DNA of 64,000 bases from Eubacteriales bacterium (GCA_045536535.1 JAZSNS010000027.1:45573-109572); one strand, 5' to 3'. Shown: positions 49,906 to 60,718, numbered from the stretch's first letter. Notes: generated by a model from the letters alone, not told the origin. A program made the numbers and translations.

Positions 49906-50853
49906 ATGCGAGAAATTATTGTAGGAAAAAATGACGCCGGTCAAAGATTGGATAAATTCCTTACAAAAAAATATAAACATCTTCCCTTCTCTATGATGTA
50001 TAAGTTAATCAGAAAGAAGAAGATCACTGTTAACCGTAAACGAGCGAAAGAAAACCAGATTCTTAACGAGAGCGATCTTATTCTGATTTTTGCGCCCGAT
50101 GATCTTTTTTCCGAGAAAGCTCCGAAGCGCTTTAACTCGAAAGGAAAAATCAATGTCGTTTATGAGGACGAAAATATCATCATTGTTGATAAAGAAGAAG
50201 GGTTGCTCGTTCATTCGGACACAGATGATGAAGATGATACTCTCATTGATAGAATAACCACCTATTTGATTTCAAAAGGTGAGTTTATTCCGGAAGAAGA
50301 AAACAGTTTTTCTCCCGCGCTTTGTAATCGTATTGACAGAAATACCCAAGGGCTTGTCATCGCCGCAAAAAATGCGTCGGCGTTACGCGAAATGAATGAT
50401 ATTATCAAGCAACGAAAGGTAAGAAAAACATATCTTGCGGTCATTCACGGCGTTTTAAATCCAAAGGACGGTGAAATCAAACTTCTTCTCGAAAAGGATT
50501 CAAAAGAAAATCTCGTGCGAGTTAGAAAGCAAGCTACTTTATCTTCGAAAACCGCCGTCACCAGATACAGAACAGTTGACGTTGCCAGAGATAAGTCCCT
50601 TTCGCTTTTGGAAATAGAGTTAGTCACCGGAAGAACACATCAAATTCGAGCTAGTTTCGCTCACATAGGTCACCCTTTGCTCGGTGACGGAAAATATGCC
50701 GTTAACAAGAAAGATCGAGAAATGGGTTACAAATCACAGGCGCTTTGTGCCTATTCTCTTGAATTTATCGATTGTAAAAAATATGACACACTCGGTTATC
50801 TGCAAGGGCTGTATATTACGGCAAACAAACCCGATTTTTTAAAATTATTTTAA
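49906..50853 (+). CDS. RluA-family pseudouridine synthase with S4 domain
   Basis: GQRLDKFL, NRIDRNTQG, TGRTHQIR, GDGKY; ATG 49906 after GAGG. Confidence 0.92.
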   Translation: MREIIVGKNDAGQRLDKFLTKKYKHLPFSMMYKLIRKKKITVNRKRAKENQILNESDLILIFAPDDLFSEKAPKRFNSKGKINVVYEDENIIIVDKEEGLLVHSDTDDEDDTLIDRITTYLISKGEFIPEEENSFSPALCNRIDRNTQGLVIAAKNASALREMNDIIKQRKVRKTYLAVIHGVLNPKDGEIKLLLEKDSKENLVRVRKQATLSSKTAVTRYRTVDVARDKSLSLLEIELVTGRTHQIRASFAHIGHPLLGDGKYAVNKKDREMGYKSQALCAYSLEFIDCKKYDTLGYLQGLYITANKPDFLKLF

Positions 50854-50855
50854 CG

Positions 50856-50884
50856 AAAAAAAGAACCGCTTTTGCGGTTCTTTT
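50856..50884. terminator. Bidirectional terminator
   Basis: AAAAGAACCGC-TTTT-GCGGTTCTTTT. Confidence 0.8.
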
Positions 50885-50888
50885 CTTA

Positions 50889-52184
50889 TTAAAGTTCGTT
50901 TTTAATCAAGTCATCATAACTTTCGCGTTTTATTACCAACTTTTCGATTCCGTTAAAAATCGAAACCATTGCAGGTTTAGGAACGCGGTTATAATGCGAA
51001 GCCATTGAATAGTTATAAGCGCCCGTAACGGCAACCGCCAAAATGTCTCCGCGTTCAAAACGCTGAATAAGCATATTTTCTCCGATAAGATCGCCGCTTT
51101 CGCAGCATCTTCCTGCAACAGATGCGGTGTATTCCCTTTCGGAGTTGGCTTTGCTTGCGTTATAAACGGTGTATTTTGACTGATAAAGAGCATAACGAGG
51201 ATTGTCGCACATGCCTCCGTCGATGCAGACGTAATTCTTATAGCCCTTAATCTCCTTTACCGACCCCACTGTATAAAGCGTCATGCCGGCATCGCCGCAG
51301 ATATAACGACCCATTTCAAATAGGAAAACGGGACGATATAATCCTCTTTCATCAACGAGTTTATCAAGCTCGTTTTTGATCTCGCACATGATATCGTCAA
51401 TCTCAATAACGGGATCTTCTTCTGTATAGCGAACGCCGATTCCCCCGCCGAGATTGATTTTGCTGAATGTGACACCCAACTTGTTCTTAACTTCGAGAAC
51501 AAAATCGAGCATAATTTTTGCGGCATCGGTAAAAGGAAATCTATCGAAGATCTGACTGCCGATATGGCAATGTATGCCTTCTAGCACCAGGTTTTTGCAT
51601 TTCGATGCGGCTTCCACAAACTCGATTGCCTGACCGGTTTCGATAGCAACCCCGAATTTGGAATCGACACTTCCGGTAACAACCGCGCGGTGCGTGTGAG
51701 GGTCGATGCCGGGAGAAAGGCGAAGCAAAATGCTTTGAGTTACTCCGCGTTTTTCGGCTTCGTTTTGGATAAAAAAGAGTTCATCAAAATTGTCAACAAC
51801 GAAACCGCCGATTCGGCTTTCAAGAGCATAAATTATCTCTGCTTCTGTCTTGTTATTTCCGTGGAAATAGATTTTTTCGGCCGGAAATCCAACGCTCAAC
51901 GCGGTAAAAAGTTCACCGCCGGAGACAACATCGGCACCGAGCCCTTCATCATTGATGATTCGGTAGATATCTTTATAACTAAGCGCCTTACTGGCATAAA
52001 GAGGGAGACTCTCTTTGCCGAAATGTTTTTCAACAGCCGTTTTGTATTTACGGCAGTTGTCCCTGATTTTGTTTTCGTCGGTCAGATATAACGGTGTACC
52101 ATATTTTTTCGCAAGCGAAACAACGTCAACGCCCGAAAAAGTAAGGTGTCCGTTCTCTGACACTGAAATATTATCGTGAAGCAT
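50889..52184 (-). CDS. lysA: Diaminopimelate decarboxylase
   Basis: YASKA (PLP Lys), HCHIGSQ, NLGGG, CESGD, GAY; ATG 52184 after GGAGG. Confidence 0.95.
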   Translation of the reverse strand: MLHDNISVSENGHLTFSGVDVVSLAKKYGTPLYLTDENKIRDNCRKYKTAVEKHFGKESLPLYASKALSYKDIYRIINDEGLGADVVSGGELFTALSVGFPAEKIYFHGNNKTEAEIIYALESRIGGFVVDNFDELFFIQNEAEKRGVTQSILLRLSPGIDPHTHRAVVTGSVDSKFGVAIETGQAIEFVEAASKCKNLVLEGIHCHIGSQIFDRFPFTDAAKIMLDFVLEVKNKLGVTFSKINLGGGIGVRYTEEDPVIEIDDIMCEIKNELDKLVDERGLYRPVFLFEMGRYICGDAGMTLYTVGSVKEIKGYKNYVCIDGGMCDNPRYALYQSKYTVYNASKANSEREYTASVAGRCCESGDLIGENMLIQRFERGDILAVAVTGAYNYSMASHYNRVPKPAMVSIFNGIEKLVIKRESYDDLIKNEL

Positions 52185-52797
52185 CTGTTCCTCCGATGGA
52201 CATATCAATTATCTTCTGCCAAAGCGCATCTCTACCAATTCCCTTCACAGATGAATAAAGAAGCACTTCGGTATTGCTGCGCAAAAGGCCGCTTGACAGC
52301 AGTTTTGAGCAAGCTTCATTAAGTTGTGTTTTATTGAGCTTATCACATTTTGTTGCAACGATCATATAAGGCAATCCATAATGATCAAGATAGCTCAACA
52401 TCATCTTGTCATCTTCCGTAATGCCGACACGGATATCAATAAGTTGCAAAACGTATGTCAAAGAAGCATTATCAACGAAATAATGCTCTGTGAGCGATGA
52501 CCATTTGCTGATATCGCTTTTTGCGCGACGTGCGAATCCGTAACCGGGAAGGTCAACCAAAAATAGTTTGTTATCCACTTCATAGTAATTGACCGTTATA
52601 GTCTTACCGGGCTCTGAAGAAACTCTTGCAAGTTTCTTTCTGCCGAGCAAGGAATTGATGAGCGAACTCTTGCCGACGTTGGACCGTCCGACAAAAGCCA
52701 CTTGCGGGATTCCGCCTTTTATCAGTTGCCAAGGCAAACCTGCACTGATTTTCAGATCGGTTTTATGGAGATTAACTCCGCCAAAAGACATTTCCAT
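52171..52797 (-). CDS. engB: Ribosome biogenesis GTPase YihA/YsxC
   Basis: GRSNVGKSS, DLPGYG, TKCDK. Confidence 0.95.
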   Translation of the reverse strand: MEMSFGGVNLHKTDLKISAGLPWQLIKGGIPQVAFVGRSNVGKSSLINSLLGRKKLARVSSEPGKTITVNYYEVDNKLFLVDLPGYGFARRAKSDISKWSSLTEHYFVDNASLTYVLQLIDIRVGITEDDKMMLSYLDHYGLPYMIVATKCDKLNKTQLNEACSKLLSSGLLRSNTEVLLYSSVKGIGRDALWQKIIDMSIGGTDASR

Positions 52798-52802
52798 GAT
52801 TA

Positions 52803-55130
52803 TTAATTCAATGCAATCTTGAACACTTCCGAAATGTGTCTGACAGGAATAAATTCAAGTGCGTTTTTAACCTCCGAATCAAATTCATCAATATCAGGTA
52901 GATTTTCAAATGGAATGATTACTCTCTTCGCGCCGCATTTAAAAGCTGCCATGGATTTTTCTTTCAATCCGCCGATTGCCAGAACACGGCCGGTCAAAGT
53001 GATTTCTCCCGTCATACATACGTCGCGTTTCACACTCCTTTGGCTTAATTCGCTGACGATTGCGGTTGCGATCGTTATGCCTGCTGACGGACCGTCTTTC
53101 GGTATCGCTCCTTCGGGAACGTGGATATGAATATCGCGGTTTGAATAAAACTCAGCGTCAACGCCCAATTCATCGGAATGCTTTCTGATATAACTGACTG
53201 CCGCTTTTGCGCTTTCCTTCATAACGTCGCCAAGGTGTCCCGTAAGTTCCAGCTTTCCGTTACCTTTCATAGAACTGCACTCAATTCGAAGCATGTCACC
53301 GCCGAGATATGTCCATGCAAGACCGTTGACAATACCGACTTCGTCAGAATCGTAGATCTTATCCGGAATAAACTTCGCGGGGCCGAGCATCGAACGCAGT
53401 TCGGCAAGGTCAACATTGACTCGTTTTTCGCCTTCTACGATACGTTTTGCACTTTTGCGACACACTGATGCTATCTCGCGTTCCAAGTTTCTGACGCCGT
53501 TTTCGCGCGTGTAGGAGGTTATCAACGCCTTGATTGTTTCAACAGTAAATCTGCATTGTGATGACTTCAAACCGTGAAGTTTAAGTTGTTTGGGAATAAG
53601 GTGATTTTTTGCAATTGCAAGTTTTTCGTTATCCGAATAGCTGTCCATTTTGATAACTTCAAGACGGTCAAGCAACGGTGCGGGAATCGTTTCTGTTGTG
53701 TTTGCGGTTGCAATAAACATGCATTCCGAGAGATCCACAGGAATTTCAATGAAATTATCACGGAACGCACTGTTTTGCTCAACGTCAAGCACTTCGAGCA
53801 TTGCGCTCGTGGGATCGCCGTGAGAATCTTTTGTGAGTTTGTCAAGCTCATCAAACAGAATAACGGGATTAGAAGTGCCGGCGAGTTTCAGTGCGTTAAT
53901 TACGCGACCGGGCATCGAGCCGATATATGTTTTTCTGTGTCCGCGTATTTCTGCTTCATCTCGAATTCCGCCGAGCGAAATCCGAACGAATTTCCTGTTG
54001 GTCGCTCTTGCAATCGACTTCGCGATCGAAGTTTTGCCAACACCGGGAGGGCCGACAAGGCAAAGGATCTGTCCTTTAAGATCCGGTTTTAACTGTTTAA
54101 CGGCAAGGAATTCAAGAATACGATCCTTAACTTTTGTGATTCCGTCATGATCTTTATCTAAAACGCGTTTTGCGGCGTTTATATCAAGTCTGTCCTTGCT
54201 TTTTTTGTCCCAAGGCAGTTCGAGACAGGTCTCGATATAATTGCGAATAACCGTTGCCTCAGGCGTTCCGAAGGGCATCTTCAAAAGTTTTGAATTTTCC
54301 TCGATTAACTTTTGAGCGACATCATGCGGAAGATCGGCGGCTTTGATTTTCGCAGAATATTCATCACCATCGTCGATATCATCGCCATTTCCCTCTTCAC
54401 CGAGTTCATTGCGAATTGCACGCATTTGTTCTCGAAGATAAATGTCACGTTGTTGTTTTTGGAGATTAAAGCGAACCTTTTGATGAATACTGTTTTCCAA
54501 ATTGAAAATTTCAATATCTTTTTCAAAAATCTCACAAAGTTTGCGGATTCTCTTAACGGTATCATATTCTTCAAGAAGTTCTTTTCTTTCTTCGAAATTA
54601 ACGACAAAATTACTGGCTAGAAAATCGACGATGTGCGAGGAGTCGCTGATTTTCTTCACTTCATCAATAATTTCCTCAGAGGGTTTCTGAACGTAATTCA
54701 GATATTCCGAAAAAACATCGTAAAGTTCTTTTGTAGCAATGCGTTCTTGCGTAAAAGAACTTGCCCTTCTCCTTCTTCGTTCGGCAACCGAACAAAGAAT
54801 AATATCTTCAGTGATCACGATGTCTTCACGATCTGCGCGGCGAATACCTTCAACAACGACTTGGATCCCGCCGTCTTTTAAACGAGCGGAATGAACAACG
54901 CGCGCAATAACACCGGTCTTCATCAAATCGCCTTCGGTCGGAGCGATGACAGAAGGATCATGCTGAGGAACAAGAAACAGCGGTTCATCAGTGCTTTCAG
55001 CGTTCTTCAATGCATTGACAGAAGGTTTTCTGCCGATCTCAAAACTTGCGGTTGTACCGGGAAATATAACGATCCCCCGCAACGCAATTGTATTTAAAAA
55101 TTTGGTTTCTGTTTCAGAAGTAAATGTCAT
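52803..55130 (-). CDS. lon: Lon protease
   Basis: GPPGVGKTS, DELDK, PKDGPSAG, GGLKEK. Confidence 0.97.
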   Translation of the reverse strand: MTFTSETETKFLNTIALRGIVIFPGTTASFEIGRKPSVNALKNAESTDEPLFLVPQHDPSVIAPTEGDLMKTGVIARVVHSARLKDGGIQVVVEGIRRADREDIVITEDIILCSVAERRRRRASSFTQERIATKELYDVFSEYLNYVQKPSEEIIDEVKKISDSSHIVDFLASNFVVNFEERKELLEEYDTVKRIRKLCEIFEKDIEIFNLENSIHQKVRFNLQKQQRDIYLREQMRAIRNELGEEGNGDDIDDGDEYSAKIKAADLPHDVAQKLIEENSKLLKMPFGTPEATVIRNYIETCLELPWDKKSKDRLDINAAKRVLDKDHDGITKVKDRILEFLAVKQLKPDLKGQILCLVGPPGVGKTSIAKSIARATNRKFVRISLGGIRDEAEIRGHRKTYIGSMPGRVINALKLAGTSNPVILFDELDKLTKDSHGDPTSAMLEVLDVEQNSAFRDNFIEIPVDLSECMFIATANTTETIPAPLLDRLEVIKMDSYSDNEKLAIAKNHLIPKQLKLHGLKSSQCRFTVETIKALITSYTRENGVRNLEREIASVCRKSAKRIVEGEKRVNVDLAELRSMLGPAKFIPDKIYDSDEVGIVNGLAWTYLGGDMLRIECSSMKGNGKLELTGHLGDVMKESAKAAVSYIRKHSDELGVDAEFYSNRDIHIHVPEGAIPKDGPSAGITIATAIVSELSQRSVKRDVCMTGEITLTGRVLAIGGLKEKSMAAFKCGAKRVIIPFENLPDIDEFDSEVKNALEFIPVRHISEVFKIALN

Positions 55131-55140
55131 GTTTTCTCCG

Positions 55141-56091
55141 TTATTTGCCGAGCGATGCCGCCCCGATAATGCCGGCGTCGTTTCCGAGTTCTGCGGCTTT
55201 TAAAATGGTTTTCTTATCACTATGTCTTGAATATTGTTCGCGTTCGAGAATCTCGCGCAAAGGCGCAAGAAGATTTTCTCCCTGTTTGCTGACTCCGCCG
55301 CCGATCGTTAAAACTTCCGGCTGGAAAATGTTTACGAAATTAACAATGCCCGCACCGAGATAATCAACAAATCTGTCAACGATTTCCTGACCGGATTTAT
55401 CTCCCTGCTGCGCTGCGTCAAATGCAGTTTTTCCTGTCACGTTCTTGATATCTCCATCACAAAGGCTCCACATGACAGTATCGCTGTCTTCAAGCATTTT
55501 TTCTCTTGTCATTTTCATCAAAGCGGTTGCAGATGCATAGCATTCAAGGCAGCCTTTACGGCCGCATTCGCAATCAGCACCGTTTTTTTCAATGACGATA
55601 TGACCGAGTTCGCCGCCCGAGAAGTTGCAACCCGAATAAACTTTGCCGTTTATGATTATACCGCCGCCGACTCCTGTGCCAAGGGTAACACAAATTGAAT
55701 CCTTGCACCCTTTTGCCGCACCGAAAGTGGCTTCGCCTTTCGCAGCTGCATTTGCATCATTTTCTATGTATATTTTTTTAATACCTGTTTTTTCGGTAAG
55801 TTTTGCCGCGATCGGATAATTCAAAAAAGGAAGACTTGATGCATAAATTATCACACCTTTTTCCTGATCGGCGCTGCCGGGCGATGCAATACCTGCATAT
55901 TCAATATCTTCAACTTTAAGACCGGCATCGGAGATAACCTTCAAGCACAGCGCCGCCATGTCGTCAATTATTCTGTCTCCGCCTTGGTTGCGAACGGTAA
56001 CGCAAGTGTCTTTGTGAAGTATTTTGCCGTCATCATCACAAACGCCTGCTTTAATCGACATTCCGCCGAGATCTATTCCGAGATAATACAT
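55141..56091 (-). CDS. ROK-family glucokinase
   Basis: GIDLGG, ENDANAA, TLGTGVGGG, GELGH, CECGRKGCLE. Confidence 0.9.
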   Translation of the reverse strand: MYYLGIDLGGMSIKAGVCDDDGKILHKDTCVTVRNQGGDRIIDDMAALCLKVISDAGLKVEDIEYAGIASPGSADQEKGVIIYASSLPFLNYPIAAKLTEKTGIKKIYIENDANAAAKGEATFGAAKGCKDSICVTLGTGVGGGIIINGKVYSGCNFSGGELGHIVIEKNGADCECGRKGCLECYASATALMKMTREKMLEDSDTVMWSLCDGDIKNVTGKTAFDAAQQGDKSGQEIVDRFVDYLGAGIVNFVNIFQPEVLTIGGGVSKQGENLLAPLREILEREQYSRHSDKKTILKAAELGNDAGIIGAASLGK

Positions 56092-56107
56092 AATATTCTC
56101 CTTGATT

Positions 56108-57046
56108 TTATTCAAAAATACCTGCTTGTTCTTTTAATCTTTTATCGAATTCTTCTGCGGTATTATAACCCATTTTTTTAAGTCTGTGGTTCATCGCAGC
56201 GATTTCAATAATTACCGCAAGGTTGCGTCCGGGTTTAACGGGAACCGTGATAGAAGGGATTTTTATGCCAAGAATCTCCGTGAACTCCGAATCCAAACCG
56301 AAACGGTCGTAAAGTTTTCCCTGTTGCCAGTTTTCAAAATTGATAATCAAATCAATTTTTTCGGATTCCTTGACAGAACCCATGCCGAAAATTCGCTTTA
56401 CATCAACAATCCCTATGCCTCTTAATTCGATATAATGCCTAATCAGCGCAGGTGCACTGCCGACTAACGTAATCGCGGACACCTTTTTGATTTCGACAGC
56501 ATCGTCTGCGACAAGTCTGTGACCGCGCTTGACAAGCTCGACAGCAGTTTCGCTTTTACCGATGCCGCTGTCGCCCAAAATCAAAACGCCTTCGCCATAA
56601 ACTTCAACGAGAACACCGTGTTGCGTAATGCGTTCTGCAAGTGAAACGCTCAACCCCGAAGATATTGCAGCCATTAAAACAGAAGTGGATTTTTCGGCAA
56701 GGAACAAAGGTGTTTTACTTTCTGTCGCCGATTTTAAAAGCTCCGGAAAAATGTCCAGAGATGTTGTAACGATAACCGCCGGAACGTTATATGAGAAGAA
56801 TTTCTCTAGCGAAAGCTTGCGGGATTCCGGAGAAAGTGATGCAAGATAGCTGTGTTCCATGTTACCGATAACTTGAATACGTTCGTTTTCAAAATCGGTA
56901 AAGAAGCCTGCCAACGGCAAACCGGGTCGGCTCAAATCGGAGCGATAAATGAGAATTTCTTCATAATTTTCAGGCACATATATCGGTTGAAGATTATGAA
57001 TGCGAGCAATTTCAGAAAGCTTAATGCTATATTGTTTACTCTGCAT
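56108..57046 (-). CDS. hprK: HPr kinase/phosphorylase
   Basis: GDSGIGKSE, LVADD, ELRGIG, PGRN. Confidence 0.96.
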   Translation of the reverse strand: MQSKQYSIKLSEIARIHNLQPIYVPENYEEILIYRSDLSRPGLPLAGFFTDFENERIQVIGNMEHSYLASLSPESRKLSLEKFFSYNVPAVIVTTSLDIFPELLKSATESKTPLFLAEKSTSVLMAAISSGLSVSLAERITQHGVLVEVYGEGVLILGDSGIGKSETAVELVKRGHRLVADDAVEIKKVSAITLVGSAPALIRHYIELRGIGIVDVKRIFGMGSVKESEKIDLIINFENWQQGKLYDRFGLDSEFTEILGIKIPSITVPVKPGRNLAVIIEIAAMNHRLKKMGYNTAEEFDKRLKEQAGIFE

Positions 57047-57764
57047 TTTCGTTTATATCCTCCTGTTGATTATTTTGAATTCCTTTTGAAAGTTTTTTAT
57101 ATAACAAAAATTCATTAAAATGAAATGCGGCAATCAGAAACAGAACAATTGTGATCGGAATTACAATCGAGATAACGGCAATCGGATCACTTTCTCCGAA
57201 AAAGTGAGTCCAGATTTTAAAATAACCATTCAAAACGTCGATCATATAATTTCCGATTCGTTTAAACAGGTTTAAAAGTGCATATAAAATGCTGGTAGAT
57301 CTGCTTAGTGACAGATATGAAGAAATGCGACCGTCGCCTGCTTGTCCAAGGCGTTCAAGTAACTTTATCGAAAAGATATGATAACCAACAAGAAACGATC
57401 CACACTGCGCAAAGAAAAACGTATAAATAAATCTCCAAAAGTGATACAAAGCGTTCTTTTTAAAAACTTTGTTATCAAGTTCAATGCCCTCGTTTTCGGA
57501 CACAAAATATACCCAATTGTTATCAGAAACCAGTGGTTTAACACCTGAATTCAAACGCGATTTGAAATAAATCTGAGCGTCGTTGCTCTGAGGCGAAAAG
57601 TCTAGATGTTCTACAGAATATTTATATTTATGTTCGTCCGATTTTTCAAAATGATATCTCGAATCATTGATTTTTGTCAGCAAATGCCCGCTTTCGCCAA
57701 GCTCATTAAGCCATTGACACTCTTTATGTTTTGAAAAAAACACTTTGAAAAACTTAACTTCCAT
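57036..57764 (-). CDS. Hypothetical membrane protein (DUF2812-like N-terminus)
   Basis: ECQWLNELGESG.LL...YHF pattern; two TM helices. Confidence 0.65.
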   Translation of the reverse strand: MEVKFFKVFFSKHKECQWLNELGESGHLLTKINDSRYHFEKSDEHKYKYSVEHLDFSPQSNDAQIYFKSRLNSGVKPLVSDNNWVYFVSENEGIELDNKVFKKNALYHFWRFIYTFFFAQCGSFLVGYHIFSIKLLERLGQAGDGRISSYLSLSRSTSILYALLNLFKRIGNYMIDVLNGYFKIWTHFFGESDPIAVISIVIPITIVLFLIAAFHFNEFLLYKKLSKGIQNNQQEDINENAE

Positions 57765-57870
57765 CAACCTCGCCTCCTTAAACACTTATTATATATTATT
57801 TATATATAATTGTCAATTAAAATGACGATAAATGATATGTATCTACAACGATAAAAACTGTTAAAACCAC

Positions 57871-57899
57871 TTGAAAAAGATAGGAAATTATGATATAAT
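57871..57899 (+). promoter_or_regulatory. sigma-A promoter of ffs-dnaX
   Basis: TTGAAA-N17-TATAAT with TG extension. Confidence 0.75.
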
Positions 57900-57920
57900 C
57901 CAACAGATGAGATATGAAAT

Positions 57921-58191
57921 ATGGCCATACTAGTCGGGGAGTTAGCGGTGCCTTGTACCCACAATCCGCTACAGTGGGGGCGAAAGCTCTTTGAGGGCCC
58001 TGTTTGTGTCGCCGCGCCGCAGGTGCCTTGCCGAGAGGCGGGTCTTTGCGCAATTCGTACCTGTGAAATATGTCAGGTGGGGAACCAAGCAGCATTAAGC
58101 AGACCTACGGATGTGCCGCAAGGGTGCCTGTCTTGAGAGGACCCTTCGGTTTCCGGATGTAAGCAGTGTTCGAGATGAGATGTATGGTCAT
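57921..58191 (+). ncRNA. ffs: Large (Alu-domain) SRP RNA
   Basis: Helix-8 motif TCAGGTGG-GGAA-CCAAGCAGC, 5' Alu-like GCGGTGCCTTGTACC..AATCCGC, complementary ends, position upstream of dnaX. Confidence 0.9.
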
Positions 58192-58225
58192 ATTTTGTAT
58201 CTCATGATTTTTAGGAGGTGTATGA

Positions 58226-59737
58226 ATGTATTTATCGCTTTACAGAAAGTGGCGTCCAAAAAATTTTGACGAAATCAGCGGACAAGAGCATATTACCTCC
58301 ATTTTAAAAAAGCAGTCCGCAAACAACAGAGTTTCTCATGCATATCTATTTTGCGGCACCCGCGGTACAGGAAAAACATCGTCAGCAAAGATTCTTGCCA
58401 AAGCGGTTAACTGCGAAAATCCGATCGACGGCAACCCCTGCAACATTTGTTCATCATGCAAAGCAATTGATTCCGGTAGCGCAACCGATGTCCTCGAAAT
58501 CGACGCAGCGAGCAACAACAGGGTTGATAATGTACGCGATCTGCGCGATGAGGTTGTTTATCCGCCGTCTGTTTTGAAAAAAAGAGTTTATATTATCGAC
58601 GAAGTTCATATGCTCAGTGACAGCGCCTTTAATGCGCTGTTGAAAACGCTTGAAGAACCGCCTGAATATGTTGTTTTCATCTTAGCAACCACTGAAATCA
58701 ACGAGTTGCCTCCGACAATAATTTCTCGCTGTATACGTTTTGACTTTTCCCGCATTGATGAAGAAGCGGTCAAGAAACGCATCGAGTTTGTCGCAAACGA
58801 AGAAAATATTCTGCTGGCTGACGGCGCTTCCGAACTGCTTGCGCAATTAGCCGATGGTTCAATGCGTGATGCGCTTTCACTTTTGGAAGCATGCTCAAAC
58901 GGTTTTTCGGGTGCATTAACAAAAGATGCGATTCGAGGAGTTTTAGGGCTTGCCGGTGACGAAACCATTTTCCCGCTTTTGCATGCAATTGCAACAAAAA
59001 ACATTCCCGATGCTATTGATATCGTCGAGCAGATACATAAATCCTCAAAAGATATCTCTGTATTTATTGATGACCTTTCGCTTACGGTCAGAGATATCAT
59101 TATTGATAAACAACTGATACGATCTGGCCGAAAGAGCACACTTAAAAACGAATACGCCTATGTTTATGACGAATTAACCATTGAGCAGTTATTCTATATC
59201 AGTTCGATTCTTGAAGAAACGCAAAGCAGAATCACGCGGTATTCCATGAACAAACGCGTTGTTCTCGAGATGTCGGTCATAAAAATGTGTGACAGAACCA
59301 TTTCCGATTCACCGAAAGCGCTTGCGGCTCGCATTTCTGAACTTGAAAAGAAGTTATCGGTGATGATGGCAACCGGATATGTTCCTAACGAACATAATGT
59401 TTCGGTTGAAAATCCGGTTAAGACAGAAGATATTATTCCGGAGCAACCGGTTATTGATATTCCACGTGTTCAGTTCCGGGAAATTTCAGAGGTTTATGAA
59501 TTTCTCTCAAATGATCCCTCTTTGTCAGCCTTTTTAAAACAAGCGGTTGTTTTCCGCCAAGGCGATGAAATTATCATTTGCGGCGAACCGTTTATTCTAA
59601 ATATGATTCGGCGCGAAAGCGGAGTTGAACTCGGAAACGCTTTTGCATCGGTGATCGGAAAAGTTGTTACTATTAAGTTTGAGGAAAGCAACAACGATCT
59701 TTCGGGTCAACAAATTTCTCTTATTGATGAATTATAA
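58226..59737 (+). CDS. dnaX: DNA polymerase III subunit gamma/tau
   Basis: LYRKWRP, GTRGTGKTS, EIDAASN, IIDEVHML, SRC, GSMRDALS. Confidence 0.96.
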   Translation: MYLSLYRKWRPKNFDEISGQEHITSILKKQSANNRVSHAYLFCGTRGTGKTSSAKILAKAVNCENPIDGNPCNICSSCKAIDSGSATDVLEIDAASNNRVDNVRDLRDEVVYPPSVLKKRVYIIDEVHMLSDSAFNALLKTLEEPPEYVVFILATTEINELPPTIISRCIRFDFSRIDEEAVKKRIEFVANEENILLADGASELLAQLADGSMRDALSLLEACSNGFSGALTKDAIRGVLGLAGDETIFPLLHAIATKNIPDAIDIVEQIHKSSKDISVFIDDLSLTVRDIIIDKQLIRSGRKSTLKNEYAYVYDELTIEQLFYISSILEETQSRITRYSMNKRVVLEMSVIKMCDRTISDSPKALAARISELEKKLSVMMATGYVPNEHNVSVENPVKTEDIIPEQPVIDIPRVQFREISEVYEFLSNDPSLSAFLKQAVVFRQGDEIIICGEPFILNMIRRESGVELGNAFASVIGKVVTIKFEESNNDLSGQQISLIDEL

Positions 59738-59748
59738 AGGAGCATAAA

Positions 59749-60099
59749 ATGAAAGTAAGACTTCCAAAAGGCATGGGCGGCGGCCCTCAGGATATGAACG
59801 CACTTATGCGTCAGGCACAAAAGATGCAGGAAGACATGGCAGCAAAGCAAGCTGAACTTGAAGAATGCGAATATGATATCAGCGCAGGCGGCGGTGTTGT
59901 TAATGTCAAAATCAACGGCAAGAAAGAGATTCTTTCAATTTCTCTCGAACCCGAGATTATTGACCCCGACGATAAAGAAACGCTTGAAGATATTCTCGTT
60001 GCCGCTGTAAACGAAGCAATCAAACGTGTCGAAGATACCAACAGCGAAGAAATGGCTAAAATCACCGGATCAATACCCGGAATGAACGGCATGTTTTAA
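59749..60099 (+). CDS. ybaB: YbaB/EbfC nucleoid-associated protein
   Basis: QAQKMQ, AGGGVV, LEDILVAAVNEA. Confidence 0.93.
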   Translation: MKVRLPKGMGGGPQDMNALMRQAQKMQEDMAAKQAELEECEYDISAGGGVVNVKINGKKEILSISLEPEIIDPDDKETLEDILVAAVNEAIKRVEDTNSEEMAKITGSIPGMNGMF

Positions 60100-60112
60100 T
60101 CGGAGGCGTTGA

Positions 60113-60700
60113 ATGACACCAACTCTCGAAAGGCTCGTGAACAGTTTCGCTTCCCTGCCCGGGATCGGAAGAAAAAGTGCTGCAAGACTTGCATATCGTA
60201 TAATCGAAATGAGCGATGACGAGGTCAAAAGCTTCGCTGAATCAATTATTGATGCAAAAAACAGCGTCAAACTTTGCCCTGTATGTCAAGCCTATTGTGA
60301 AAACGGTTTATGTAACGTTTGCTCAAATGAACAGCGAAGCAACGAAACGATAATAGTCGTTGAAGACAATAAAGCGCTCGAAGCTATCGAGGAAACCCAT
60401 GAATACAGCGGAAAGTATCACGTTCTTCACGGTGTTATTTCCCCCGTCGACGGTATCGGACCCGAAGAATTGAAGATCAAGGAGCTGCTTGCGCGTTTAG
60501 ATGAAAACGTCAAAGAGGTTATAATTGCGACAAATCCGAGTGTCGAAGGCGAAGCGACGGCAATGTATCTCGGACGGCTGATTAAACCGTTTGGCGCAAA
60601 GGTCACTCGTTTGGCTTATGGTTTACCTGTCGGGGCAACGCTTGAATATGCCGATTCGGTAACACTTTTAAAGGCTATTGAAGGCAGAACAGAAGTATAA
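60113..60700 (+). CDS. recR: Recombination mediator RecR
   Basis: LPGIGRKSA, C4 finger, YHVLHG, ATNPSVEGEATA. Confidence 0.96.
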   Translation: MTPTLERLVNSFASLPGIGRKSAARLAYRIIEMSDDEVKSFAESIIDAKNSVKLCPVCQAYCENGLCNVCSNEQRSNETIIVVEDNKALEAIEETHEYSGKYHVLHGVISPVDGIGPEELKIKELLARLDENVKEVIIATNPSVEGEATAMYLGRLIKPFGAKVTRLAYGLPVGATLEYADSVTLLKAIEGRTEV

Positions 60701-60718
60701 TGAAAAGCAGAGCCATTA

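Noticed and set aside
52171-52210. Lysine riboswitch ahead of lysA
   Set aside because: lysA overlaps engB, leaving no leader space.
57817-58136. Short ORFs on both strands upstream of dnaX
   Set aside because: They overlap the SRP RNA gene, which explains the GC-rich sequence.
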